In this document: positions 29,101 through 42,534 of the stretch, piece by piece
Position numbering within the stretch: position 1 is the stretch's first letter
Layout of the letters: each line of letters opens with the position of its first letter
Assembly: GCA_025201805.1 (NCBI GenBank)
Contig: MU619240.1
Location: 141,603 to 205,602, forward strand
DNA length: 64,000 bases
Source: Parasitella parasitica NRRL 2501
Taxonomy: Eukaryota; Fungi; Mucoromycota
Reading direction: 5' to 3'
Position numbers and translations under genes: made by a program
The notes under the pieces: generated by a model
What the model was told of the DNA's origin: nothing
Database searches by the model: none
What the model saw: only the letters and a program-made list of their open reading frames with translations

Positions 29101-29855
29101 ATGTGTTTGATGTTGTTCAAGCCGTGCACGACTTTGCCAGGCAATCTACATCAAAAGAACTTTCCGAAATGTGCAACCACCTGTCCCTGTATCTGCGCAA
29201 ATGTATTCTTGGCGGTTCTGATTTCGAGATCAGCAAAGAAACACCTGCAAATACCAGGAAAGCTGCTGAAAAGTTCAATGCCATTTACAGCGATTCAGCC
29301 AAATCGTATTTAAGCAAAAAGTCTACGCCTTACCATCCTAGCATCATCCAGCAGATGTTGCAACGTTACCCTCTGAGTTCTTGGGACATTCTCGAAACTC
29401 TTGCAACATTTTTGGACCGTGCCCAGTGTGCCAATATCTATAGACTCTCCATGGCATGCAAATGGACAACTGTTATCATTCAACGTACTGTTGGCAAGAA
29501 ATCAGATGTATATAATGAAAAATTCCTCGACTTGGTTCCCAAGATTGCCGAATCAGTGAAATCTACCATTGAGCTATCTTTAAAGAACCAAGACAAAGCA
29601 TTAGACTATGAAAATATGAAGAATTATTTAAGATTCGTGACATTGATTGTTAGACTTCACAAAAAGGTTGCACCAGAGACAGTGGATGTAGGTTGCGTAT
29701 GTTAGTTTGTTTTCCTGTTACTGACCATCTTATTATCTATTTAGCTGAAAAAGGTGTGGGATACTGAATTAATCGCATCAATTGGAAACAATGAGACATT
29801 TGCCAAACCCGCTATTTCAGCATCGTGTAAATCCTTGGAACAGCTTTGGGCTTGA
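26186..29855 (+). CDS. POL5: Pol5/MYBBP1A (DNA polymerase phi family) nucleolar protein
   Basis: YAVRRLLRGLPSSRQGARQGFSLALTE, LFGRLFG, NFDRITHTKTVE and an acidic stretch ending DDDAMAAFDEKLAEVFK. The last exon ends in TGA at 29853-55. Confidence 0.9.
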
Positions 29856-30243
29856 AGAGCTTCGCTTTCCTGTTCCCTGAATAACGTATAAAGTAAATAA
29901 TAAAGACTACATAAAAATGCATAATCTATCTGTATGAATTATCTTTTCGCTTTTATATGCTTGTTCAACTAGCTACTGGATCTTTAACAATAAACCAGTT
30001 CAAACTACTGGGCTAGCGCGTCTTTCTAGCTCAAGAGGTCTTTTACATTTAGCTTTACAAGAACATCAGCACTGTTGCTTTGATTTTTTGGTTTCACAGG
30101 CAACTACAGTTTCATTGGGCAGCCAAGCTTTGTGACATAGTTTACTTGAGTTTTCTTTATTCTCTCATGTCCTTTTGATTGAGCTCTCCTCATTTTTTCC
30201 CTTTTTTACCAGTTCTTTTGCGGCAGCAGACTAAAAATTCAAG

Positions 30244-31432
30244 ATGGCTCTTTTTGTCGGTAGAATCCCCAGAGAAATGAACAATGTATTCTTGGTTTAA
30301 GCTATAAATATTGCTTTGATGTTAACGTATTCTCCAATGTTCAGCGTGATCTCGAAAATACTTTTACAAAGTATGGCAAAATCACTCGTCTTGACGTCAA
30401 GAAAGGTATTTTTTTTTTTTAAACAGACTGCATTTATTGGTGCATTAAATTGTATTCTATTCAAGGCTTTGGCTTTGTAGAGTATGAGGACAAGCGTGAT
30501 GCCGAAGATGCCATTAAAGGCATCAACGAAGGAGGCGTACGTAACATGGTTCCTGACAATTCAGATCTGGTTAAATTGAACCCCAAAATACAATAGGAAC
30601 TTGTTGTTGAATGGGCCAAGAACGGTGGTAAAAGACCCGGAGAAAATGAGTGTTTCCATTGTGGCAAAGAAGGTAAGCACCAGCAACTCATGGTTGATTG
30701 CTTGCAACTCATGCTTTGAATGGATAGGCCATTGGGCCAGAGATTGTCCTGAAGGAGGTCGTGGAGGTCGTGTAGGAGGAGGAGGGGGAGGAGGAGCTGG
30801 CCGTGGAGACTTTGGCCGTGACAGGTCTCCTCGACGTGATGGAGGACGTGGAAATGACCGCGACAGAAGGTATAGCTTTTTCCCAGTCAAATAATCAGAA
30901 TTTATCAGTTCCAGTCCAGTGTGTGTAAAAAAATTGTGAACACAACTTGATACCACATTACTTGATGTTGTTTATTTTGTTATGTGAAATCCCCAGTCTC
31001 TGACCACAATCCTTTGGTATTTTTTATTTTTTATATCCTGATTTGGCTCTTTTGATCTGCATTCAAACCTTTGCTTTGTAATTTTGTAAGTATATTTTGA
31101 TGCAAAGATTTGATTTGGCTTAACCAAAAAAAAAAAAAAAAACTTTCTTTTTTTATAATAGCTAATGAATTAGAGATCCCCGAAGTTTTGATCGTCGCCG
31201 TGAGGATCGCAATGGTCGCGACAGATCTCCCCGTCGTGATGACTTTCGTGACAGAGGTGAAAGAGGTGAAAGACGCTTCGAAAGACGTGATGACAATGAC
31301 AGAAGAGGAGATGACCGTGGAGATCGTGGGGGCCGTGGTGGAAACCGTGGTGAACGTCGGGATTTTGTGCCTAGAGAGGATCGTCGCCGCGATGATGATC
31401 GCACACACGCTGAGAGAGATCGATTTGAATAG
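30244..31432 (+). CDS. SR-type splicing factor (RRM, CCHC zinc knuckle, RS/RD tail; SRSF7/RSZ-like), 6 exons
   Basis: MALFVGRIP, GFGFVEYEDKRDAEDAI, LVVEWAK, CFHCGKEGHWARDC, RDRSPRR repeats. Confidence 0.88.
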
Positions 31433-32581
31433 ATGATAGTTTTTGCATCATGCTAGGGTTATAAATTATATGTTAGTACTTTTTTCTTTTTTTTTATTCT
31501 TTTTAATTTTCACCTCTTATAATCTTATATTTCTCTTCATCACTATATTTACTACATTTTACGAATAAAAATATTTTATTTATTAAACCAAGGCGATCAA
31601 TCACAAACTTTTCAATTTGAAAAGATGCATTTGAAGTGTCGAATGCATAATTTCGCATTTTTGTTGTTTTTATAGTGTTCCCATATATTGTTACAAGGTA
31701 TCTCAGATGTTTCTTCACCCACGCTTAAAGATAACCATGCTTATTTACTTGCATGTTTTCGGTGATAATCTAGCTTCAAATGTATAGACTCAAAATGGGG
31801 ATAACCATAAATGATCTTTTAGAGCTCGCTATCATGCACATGTCTGGCATTCCGTACAGCTTTGTGTATTTTTACCCAAGGATCGCGCAATTAGAATATT
31901 AGAACATCATTGTTTCCATGTTCAGTTTGAAACACCCGTCAATTTCAGCGCGACTTCTAAAAAGGGACAGAATATGTACACGTCTAATAAAAGCAGAACA
32001 ATAGAGAGCAAACCATGTGTGTGAACACTAAAGTTTGAGTGCTGACGCCATGACCACTGGCTTGTATTACAGTGCTACTAAATGGAAATGACATTACAGA
32101 TCTAAATATTTCACAAAGAGCTCTAATTCATGGAAAATGCCAAGTGTAATGCGATTTTTGCATGTAGCACTCTTTTGAAAACACATGTATAATTCGCTTC
32201 CTGAATTATAGGATTGGTTCAGGACGCACTATCCACATGTTGAGCGTTGTTGTCATTGGTAAATGCTGTCAATTCAAGCAATGGTGGATACACAGTGTAT
32301 CTCCCAACAAGTTTTTTGGGAAGCACACATGACATCAAAAAATCACATATAATATTGCGCATAGCCATTTACATCATTGCATCTGGCTTCTTTCTCTTTT
32401 TTCTTTCTTTCTCTTTTTTCTTTTTCTATTTTTCTTGTAGATAAACAACTGTTCGGCAAATGACATATCCTATAGCAAGTATACAAAAATACAAACATGA
32501 AAACGGTTATATATCTAATGAATTCAGTAGAGCACCATCGATTCATGGCTCGGGCCGCCAGCCGAATTCAAGCGCGACAAA

Positions 32582-35500
32582 ATGCTGACAAGAGAATTAC
32601 CATCATCCCTTTTGTCCAATCTATCATCAATATTTGCTCGTACGGTAGCCTATTGTAACTTGACCAAACAAGAAGCATTGGTATATGTGACAATAATAAT
32701 TGCCCCATTTAGTAACACAGGAATAACATTCACACTTATATAGGACACAATTGGCTATTTTCTCTACGAATATCAAGACATCATCCATTCACAGCTGCTG
32801 GATAGCCTCATAGATCACGGGTTTTTGACTCTTGTAAATGCATCACATTTACAGATCAATTACGGTATAAATGTTTCTAGCATATTCACACCACTTACAA
32901 GATGCTATTCACCGTCATGTCAACCCAATGACGCATCATGTTACTCAGCTTTATGTCCAAACAAGCGCATGTCAAGTCTGCTACATATTTGCAATGCACA
33001 GCAGCAGCAGCAGGTTTCACAAACAGATTGGATTTCAACTATACCAAATCATGTTAGAGATTCCATAAGCAGGAAAGAGCTGAAAAGACAAGCGGGCATT
33101 GCAGAGTTACTGTCCACAGAACAGAATCATGGCCATGACCTTGATATCCTGCACCGTATTTACGCAATTCCACTACTGGAATCCAATGAAATCATTGAAA
33201 ACCCGTCAAGGAGACAGAGGTTCTACAATAATGTATTTGGAAACTACCTGGATATCACGCATTTGCATCATTCGTTCTATCAGCGACTCGCATCTCACAA
33301 CAGGCACTCGGGTTTCTTTATAGGCCGTGTTGGCACCATCATCCTGCAGCATATAACCAACTTGATTGAGCCCTACATCCAGTACGCATCCAACCATGTC
33401 AAGGCCATCTACTGCATGACCATTGAGCACAAGAATAACCCCCACTTTGCATTGTTTTTGGAATCGCAAAACGCAAAGAAATGCACCAGGAGACTAGGCC
33501 TTCGACACTATCTGACATCGCCCACTTTATGGATGGGGAAATTAAAGTTGCTGATAGAAGCAATACTCAAAAATACAGTGGATGATGCTGATCAGTTATC
33601 ACTAAAAGCGACATTGGCCATTCTGCATGACACACTGTGCCGCATGAATAGCTCGGCTACAGCCAATAGCTCTCCGGAAGATTTCAGATTTGAGGAACTA
33701 TCCACATCAATATACTGTGGACAGCAGGCCGAGTTGCATCTACTACCATTACCTGACAATTGCACGCTTATAAAAGAAGCGGCCGTATGGCTTGCGCGCT
33801 CAACGCACCCTCTTCAGCCGTCCCTATGTCATTTAATCTTGTTTTCGCATGCGCTGATCCTTACGCATCCCAAAGTAACAGACGGCAGGACCGAATACAT
33901 TGTCATACAAAGCATTCCAATCCAAATGCTGTTTATCGACTCTAATGTCTCGTCAATGATTCGCCGCATCTCATTTGCCTCCACATCCATGGTATCAACG
34001 CCATTCCATCTCATCAATAACCTGCGTCGTCAGAAAAGCATCAATTCAGAAGCATCATCCAGCAGCGATAGTGCCAATAGCACGGACTTGTCAAATACGA
34101 CCAGCACCTTGTTGGACAAAAGTAACGCAACAGGAGCCGCTGCAGCATGTCCAAAACATGTGCGTACAGTCGCAATATCCAAACCAAAGAGCTCGGGTTT
34201 GATGCCATTTCAAATTAAAACAAAGCTATCCAAACTCAAGAGCAACTTTAGATGGAGTACCAGCTTCTCAGTCCCCGCTTCACCTACAGCTTCAGGTGAC
34301 TCAACTGAAGTCTCTGTTGCACGCCGCGACTCTGCACCTGCCCTGCTATTTTCAAAACGAAAAGACGAGCAGTTTGATACAGGTTTTCCTCTTGATCGGC
34401 AAAGAAAGCAAAAGGAACAGCAGCAAAGCAGGCAGCAGCAACAGCAGCAAAGAAGAACGCTCAAGATCAGTCATATGGCCTATCCTGAGAATTCTTCTAA
34501 ACTCGAGTTTTTATCAAGGTCTGATAGACTGGTTTGGGAAAATCTGATACGAAATACTTGCCTGGTCATGGAGAAGGAAAACGAAGTCTTTAAGAAAAAG
34601 ATTATGTTTAAATCGCTATCTACCATGCGTGCAGGAGCACAGCAGCGTAATGCGAATAGCAGTAGTGCACAATCAGCCAATGTTGCAGATATGGCAAGAA
34701 TCAGATGTAGTTTTGCGTTTGGTAGGGCTATTTCTTTGACCGTCATAGTATATAAATATATACTAAAATGTGATGATAGTTTATTCAAACAAGAGTGCAG
34801 ACATGCACAAACATCTCGTTGGATTTGGCACTCCTTGCGGCTTATGGGTTGGCTTTCGCGATGGTTTAACTGCACCTCACCTTGTTTTGCCCCACGCAAA
34901 CATTCAGAAAATAGCAGTTTTAAGCGATAAACTTATCATGCAAGTACATGATAACAAGCAGCACATGCTCATCGCTTACGATATCAAGCCTTTGATCGAA
35001 GACCAACATATGGACTGGTGCATGATTAAACGTTCTTCTGTTATTTGCTTCACAGTAGGCCGAATCAGAAGCCAGCCTGTCATCGTGTATCTTACCAAGC
35101 GCTTGCAAACAACTTGGCTGGTCATCATTGTCCGAAATGAAAAGCCGTACGCCAAAAACCACTGGTACAAAAAGTATAGGACCGAGTACTCAGTCTCTGT
35201 CAAGGAACCCAGCGAAATCCAAATCATTCAAGATGCTGTGTTTGTCAGATCTGAGCGTTACGGTGTAGAGCGAATGGATATATTCAGGGAACCCTCTGCT
35301 ATTTTGAACCCCATGCCTTATTGGGTATTTCTCGGAGCGAATATAGGTCTGATTTCATACAAGGACAAAGGAATTGTATGCGACAGTCAACATGCTTATT
35401 CTATATCCTTGTTTGAAAGCAACAGCGCACTTGTAAAGATCAAATTTGAGTGTCAAGCACAACAAGTGGCTGTTGTATATCCTTTTTTGATTGCATTTTC

Positions 35501-35733
35501 GTCCAATGTCATTGAAGTCAGAAATATAGAAACGGTGAGTGGTTTTATACATTTTCGTTCTTGTTCGTCCCGCTAACAAATGCTTCCAGACCGAATTGAT
35601 CCAAGCTATCCGAGGTCAGCGCATTAAATTTATCTCTACGACTAGTGATTGCAGCCAGCCTCTGTATTACACAATGGCAAACCCAGCAAATCCAAGAATA
35701 ACGTCTGTGTATCAGTTACAACTAGCATTATAA
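32582..35733 (+). CDS. Divergent Rom1/Rom2-type Rho GEF (DEP-like, DH, PH, CNH); start uncertain
   Basis: IFTPLTRCYSPSC..CYSALCP, ELKRQAGIAELLSTEQ, PH segment LILFSHALILT and CNH segment YPFLIAFSSNVIEVRNIET|TELIQAIRG. Confidence 0.78.
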
Positions 35734-35880
35734 AGTTTATTAATTACACATGAGATAGTCGTAGGGAAAAATAAATAAAAAGAGAATTTGTAAATATGTA
35801 TAACAGGAGGTTTGGTATGAATTAATATATGAAGGTGTTTTGATAGCTTGCTTATTTGTTTGTTTACAGGGTTAAATATT

Positions 35881-37949
35881 TTAAAGAGCATAAATTTCTT
35901 GTGCATCCTCATCATATTTGGTTCTTCTATGATTATTATTGCTGTTGCTGCTGTTGCTGCTTTCTGGTGCATCGCTACTGTATGCATCGTCTAAATCATT
36001 CTCGTTCTGTGGCAGGCTCATCCAGCCGTCTTCCGTCGATGATAAATCTGATGTTTCTAAAGGTATCCAAATAAGGTAGACTATAAATGATAGATAGACC
36101 ACACCTGTGATTCCAATTATAATTGCAGAAGTGAGATTTGTGACATGGTTCACGAATAAGAATATGTCGAATGCAATCACCACAGCTGTTAATCCCCAAC
36201 ATGTGATATGCAAGAATAAAGAAGGTCGAAATTCCTTGGATAATACGTTTGGCGATGTGGATAGTTTGATGATTGGAACAAGTACAGTGGGCAAACAAAC
36301 ACTGTTGCAAAGAATGTTCATGTCAATAGCGCAAATAAACAGCCCATTCACGCCTTACCTTTGTAATACATTCAGCAATTCGCCCATTGTATCAAAATGA
36401 TCTACTGCAAAAATAGCAACCAACATGCCAGGAACCAGTGAGATACTACGGGTAACCGCAACACGATGCCAGTCCTTTTTAAAGATATTGCCAAAGAATC
36501 CTTCTGTTACATATTGTCCAGCTAATGTACCAGTCATAGTAGAACTTTGTCCAGCTAAAACAAACAGCATTGTGTTACTTGAATTCTATAAATCATGTAA
36601 AATATTTTTTACCTGCAAGTAGACCAGCAGCCCAGAAATATTTGGCAGCGGATCCCAGCGTACCACTCAAAACTTTATCAGCATCGTCTAAACCAGGAAT
36701 TTTAATAGGCCCAGAATGATCCGGTTTAAAAAATACTACACAACAAAAAAAAAAGTTAAAATAGCTGCCATTATAAAAATATTCTATATTTACCTTGAGC
36801 AAATACAACCACAATAGCTAAATTGACGAAAAAGGAAACACTTAATGCCAAAATGGATTCGATGGCAAAGTAAAAGTTGGCTTCCTTCAGTTTGCGTATA
36901 GATGGTTGTCGACCTAAATCGCGAGACATGACAAGCGCACTATGCAAAAACATGTTGTGGGGCATGACAATGGCACCCAGCATAGCAACAGCTTGAAGCT
37001 CAGCATTTTTAGGCACATAAGGCACAATGACACCCTCAATGATTTTGCGCACATCAGGTTGGGATTGAACTAATTCAACCCAAAAACAAACAGCCATCAT
37101 GGTGATCAGCACCATAAAAAATGCTTCTAATCGACGGATGCCGTAGCGCTGAATCATCATGAATGTAAAGGTGTCTGTTGCTGTCATCAAAACGCCTGCC
37201 CATAAAGGAAGTCGAAGTAAAATATGCAATGCGACTGCCGTGCCCACAATCTCCAAGATATCAGCTCCAATGATTGCCAATTGTGCAAAACTCCATAAAA
37301 CAAGAGTCAGCTTTTTGGAATAGCTTTGTCGAATCAGTTGAGCAAGATGTTTTCCTGTAATTGTACCTAATCTAGCTGATAGCAATTGGAATATAAGGCC
37401 TAGCTTTTGTTTTTAGTTTTGCTTCATTATTTACGAAAAAAAAAAAAAAGAAAATAGCAACAAATTACCAAGAACATGAGACCAGAATAAGAGCCATAAC
37501 AAGCTATATCCAGCTACTGCGCCTGTTTGTAAATCAGACTCTAGATTTCCTGGATCAAGGTAAGCAATCGACCTAAATTTTTACGAAAGTGATTAGAGAC
37601 CTTACATGTTTATTGTTTCAGAGGTTTTACATTAACCAGCCTACGTATATAACATTCAATCAGTCTCTGTTTCAAACGAATGACATTAAGAATATTTACC
37701 TGGTCCAGTATATTTCCACAGCTTTTTGAATGAGAAGCAAGATTCAGACACTGTGCCAGTATCTACTTCAGGTTTTATTTCCAAATCACCACCAAATACT
37801 CTGCTTCCATTCATCGTTGTCCGTTGTTGTGGTGATTGGCTGCCATGAAAACGCTCGTTTTTAGATAGCAATGGGTCTTCATGTTCTGTCAGGGTAAAAA
37901 TGTCTAAATCATCGTCTTGAGATAAACGTCTAGCATCATGAGGCACCAT
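35881..37949 (-). CDS. NRAMP-family Mn2+/Fe2+ transporter (Smf-like)
   Basis: [19 protein letters not shown] (assembled via a 10-nt micro-exon), [30 protein letters not shown]. Confidence 0.94.
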
Positions 37950-38247
37950 AGTTTCTGTTTTAAAAGTGCTATATACAAAGAGAAGAAAGAAAGAGAAAGA
38001 GTGCCTTGTCTCGGTATGAGAAAACGAAAAAGATTAAAAGAGGAAGAAAAGCAATGGAAGCCAAATAAAACCAAGAAATGTTCATCTCCACCCAATTAGC
38101 GCACGGTGACGTTCCATAGTAATCAACTGGCCTCATTGTATATATGACACACTAACACTAGTATACTATTATATTTAGAAGCTTATTTTGCTTGTACCCT
38201 CTGTTTCTTTTTGTACCCTGCAGTGCATTATGACTTTTTCTCTCTAA

Positions 38248-38303
38248 GATAACCTGCCATGGGGATAAGACATCTCTTTAAGATGATAATCAAAATCTGA
38301 TAA
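38248..38303. promoter_or_regulatory. Cluster of four GATAA sites including ATCTGATAA (SreA/Fep1-type iron-repressor site) upstream of the NRAMP gene
   Basis: GATAA four times in ~56 bp; exact ATCWGATAA at 38295-38303, ~350 bp before the ATG at 37949. Confidence 0.5.
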
Positions 38304-40217
38304 TAATTATTATTTTTGGTTACACTAGGTTTCGCACATACACGGAACAGTTTTCGTTTGAAAGTGTGCACGCTTCCGAAAATGGGTTTTTTGCTTCATA
38401 GCATAGTAGAGCATAGACGATGAGAACGGTGATGATCAGCAAATGATTTAAATTGACACTTATTGCCCCGATATGTGAAATTTAAATAAAATATCAGATG
38501 TAATAGAGTACGCACCTTCACGTTACTTTTCGGGGAGTAAGCAAATCTAAACAAACCATCTCAATCGAAGGTCATTTAATTTGACGAGGACCGAACAATG
38601 CTTGGTTGATATACTCTTGCGAGGCATGTGCATGTGATAGCACATAACCCTATCATTTAGTGCTCCTTCAAATTTTTGTACTTTTTATACTACAAATTAT
38701 TTTATATATATACATAGTAGATATTGTATATTTACGTGGTGTTTTTATGCTCCAAAAACTAGTTTCCATTGAGGTGCAAAGATTTATCTTGGTGTCAGGC
38801 AAAAGCCAGCATTTCTCACACACAGTATTCTGAGTTTAAATATCAGATTGGGTTTCTTCGACCCAAAATTGATCAAAAAAATAAGATTGTCAAATACTCT
38901 ACAAAATGTATAGTAACGTGTTTTGGCTCACTAAACGTTTTATCATTACCTTAATTTTCTTAATCTAAAAGTGAAGTTTAAAAAAAACTTTTTATAGTAA
39001 AATAATTTTTAATTTGACAATAAATATTTTAAAGTTTTCTGGCAATAAATCAAATTTTTACATAATTTTTTTTTAATGTAATTTGATATTGTTGTACCTC
39101 ACATTATTCTACACATTTTGACAACCCTTTTGCTACTTGTAACTGCATTTATTGTTGAGATATCGACGATTTTTCGTGTTTTGCGGGATTTGAATATCAA
39201 TGGATGAGTAGTTGCCCATGAAAAACTGAATCAAAACGAAGCATCCAATTTTTCAGGACATACTTTTTCATGTATCTCGCTCAAAAATTGTGCGTTTTTT
39301 GAGCTAAAAGACTTAATAAATAGCTTATTACGAGTAAAATAAGTCTGTGTCAAAAAATACATATTATTCATAATGTATTTTTCTTGCACATGCGATAAGG
39401 TGCCAAAAATTTCCAAAAAATTAAAAATCTAAAAATGTTGTGATAGTCAGATATGTTATAAAGCGCTTCAAAAAATAACGTTTTGTCTTATGAAATACTG
39501 CTCTAGCTTGATTTTTCGTGGAGATATGTTACAACAAAGGTGCAAATTTTAAGCAGCAGCAGCAGTGTAAAAACAAAATCAAATCCCGGCCATGGGACCA
39601 AGAGAAGTACAGTGTAGGTATAACTCGCCGCACCTACATTTGAGTATATGCAGATAAAAAATCCTATTGTGTGCAATGTAAAAGCACTGCCATAATTTAG
39701 ACGTAACTACTGGTTTAAGATCCAAGATCGTAATCAGGCAAATTTGATAGATTTTTTATATCGACAACATTAAGTATACGTCTTATTAATTTATAAGCTT
39801 CCAAGATGTTTGTTGTTAAAAGAACTATGAAAGGAGACAGAATGTCGAGAATGAATGGCATGATTTTCTAGTCGTTTCCTGCGGTGAGTTGCTCCGGTCA
39901 GGAGATGAACAATGAAAAGGCCAACTTAGATGGCCAGATTTATATCGGCTACTTCTCGAGCAGGCTGCTTACCTGATTAAAAGAAACTGATATATATCCA
40001 AGCAACTATCTAGTGTATATACACAATGCAGTGTTACATTTACATCAAAATCGTTGAATATTGTAGATGTTATCATACGAAGCCAGACCCTAATTTACTT
40101 TTTGGTTGCACTATAATTCGGGCGCCGTTTCCGACCTTCTCTTGCTCCTATATTGATGTATGATGTTAAAACACTGATCTTTTCTATCTCTTTTCTTTCT
40201 TTTTTTTTTTTTTTTTT

Positions 40218-40227
40218 NNNNNNNNNN
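40218..40227. other. Assembly gap (10 N) within poly(T)
   Basis: N run flanked by poly(T), just upstream of the P450 reductase gene. Confidence 0.98.
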
Positions 40228-40268
40228 TTTTTTTTTTTCAGAAATACAACATTGAAAAAGCTTTCAGT

Positions 40269-42534
40269 ATGGATCCTGAGCCTGAAACTGCTTTATTCGA
40301 TACCACGGACTTGGTTTTGTTGACCGCTATTGGATTAGGCACAGCTGCCTGGTTTGGTAGACATCAACTCGCTGAAATATTTGGCAAAAAGAAGCAAAAG
40401 GTAACAGTAGCCAACACTAATCCAGCCCAACCAAAGCGAGAGACAAATTTTGTCAAGGTGATGGAACAACAGGTAAACCCAACCCCCCATGGGAGCTCTC
40501 CTTTTAAAAGTTTTGGCATCGAATTAACATGAGATGCCATCGTCTAGGGTCGCAGAGTTATTGTATTTTACGGTTCGCAGACAGGCACAGCAGAGGGTTT
40601 CGCGGCTCGCATTGCAAAAGAATGCTCTCAGAGATTTGGTGTCAGTTGTATGACGGCAGATTTGGAACTATACGACCTCAGCTACTTGGACCAGGTACCC
40701 AAAGACAAACTTGTCGTCTTTGTATTGGCCACATATGGCGAGGGAGATCCCACCGATAATGCCATGGAGTTTTGGGACCTAGTTACAGAAGATGAGCCTG
40801 CTTTCTCGGAGAGCAACGACGATAGGCCTTTGTCAAATTTGAATTATGTCATGTTTGGCCTGGGTAACAAGACATACGACCAATATAACGAGGTATCCCG
40901 TCGTGTCAACAAGTGTCTTTTGAAGTTGGGCGGCAACCTTATTGGTAAGGCTGGCGAGGGCGATGATGATGCTTCTATGGAAGAGGATTATTTGGCATGG
41001 AAGGAGCTCATGTGGCCTGCTTTTTGTGAAACTTTGGGTGTGGATGAAAACTCTGCAAGATCTGGACCTAGAGAACCTGTCTATTTTGTTGAGGAACTGT
41101 CTGAATATGAAAAAAATGATGTTTACTTTGGCGAATTGGCTGAAAAGGCCAGAAACAACGCGTAAGTTCTGCAAAGAAAGTTACATTGCGTGTGCGATGA
41201 CTAATATACTTCATCGTAGTAAGACAATCTATGATGCTAAACGTCCTTATACAGCTGTGATGACATCCCGCGAGCTCTTCCATGGTGCGGATCGTCATTG
41301 TATGCACATTAATGTTGACATTAGTGGCACAAACCTCAGTTACACTACGGGTGATCATCTTGCCATTTGGCCCACCAACAATGAGACTGAGGTCAACCGC
41401 CTTGCATCGGTTTTGGGCCTGACAGACAAACTGGATACCGTTGTCCTGGTTAAAGCTATCGATCCAATGGCGCCCAAAAAGCATCCTTTCCCTATTCCTG
41501 CCACATACCGCTCCATTTTCAGACACTATATTGAGATTTGCGCTCCCATTTCTCGCCAGGTACTGAACTCTTTTGTTGAATATGCTCCCTCCGAAGATGC
41601 CAAAGCAAACTTGACTCGATTGGCTACCGATAAGGATGAGTATCGTATGCAAGTTGGAGATGCTTGTCGTAATTTAGGGGAAGTGCTTCAATTGGTTACA
41701 GGTGCTGATACACGTCCTGGTCTGTTTGCAAATGTTCCCTTTGACCTGGTTGTTGAAACAATTGCTCGAATGCAACCTCGCTTCTACTCTATTTCAAGCT
41801 CTTCCAAGGAAAGCCCTAATGTCATTTCTGCCACTGTTGTTACATTATCTTACCAACCGCTTCTTACACCTCATCGCACTGTCTACGGAGTTAACTCCAA
41901 TTTCCTGTACAGCATTCACACACAAAAAGATCCGTCTATCGCAGATGGTCAAGAGTATCCTGTCTACGACTTAGCTGGCCCTCGTCAAGCTTTTTTGGAC
42001 CATAATGGCCATTGCCACAAGATCCCTGTTCATGTTCGCCATTCTCAGTTCAAGTTACCTCGTAATCCTACTGTTTCTGTTATTATGGTTGGCCCAGGAA
42101 CAGGTGTCGCACCTTTTCGTGGATTTGTCCGTGAGCGTGCTCTTGAAAAGCGCAACGGTAAGCCTGTGGGTACCACTCTTTTATTCTATGGAAGCCGTAA
42201 TCAATCTCGAGATTTCCTTTATTCTGATGAATGGCCTGAACTTTTTGAAACATTGGGCGGTGACTCTCAGATCATCACTGCGTTCTCTCGTGATCAAGCG
42301 CAAAAGGTATATGTTCAACATCGCCTTCGCGAAAATGGAGCCAAAGTATGGGAATTGCTGCAAAAAGGAGGTTATGTTTATGTTTGTGGTGATGCTAAAA
42401 GCATGGCTCGTGATGTCAATCAAACTTTTGTCAATTGTGCCGTCGACTATGGTGGTATGACTAATGAGAAGGCTCATGAGTATGTTAAGGGCTTAAGAAC
42501 AACTGGCCGCTATCAAGAAGATGTTTGGAGTTAA
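40269..42534 (+). CDS. NCP1: NADPH-cytochrome P450 reductase (3 exons)
   Basis: N-terminal anchor, YGSQTGTAE, ATYGEGDPTDNA, FGLGNKTY, RFYSISSS, GPGTGVAPFRG, C-terminal YQEDVWS. Confidence 0.96.

Noticed and set aside
16241-42534. Iron/heme gene cluster (HEM1, RLI1, NRAMP, P450 reductase)
   Set aside because: The genes are spread over 26 kb among unrelated housekeeping genes, with no shared motif visible.
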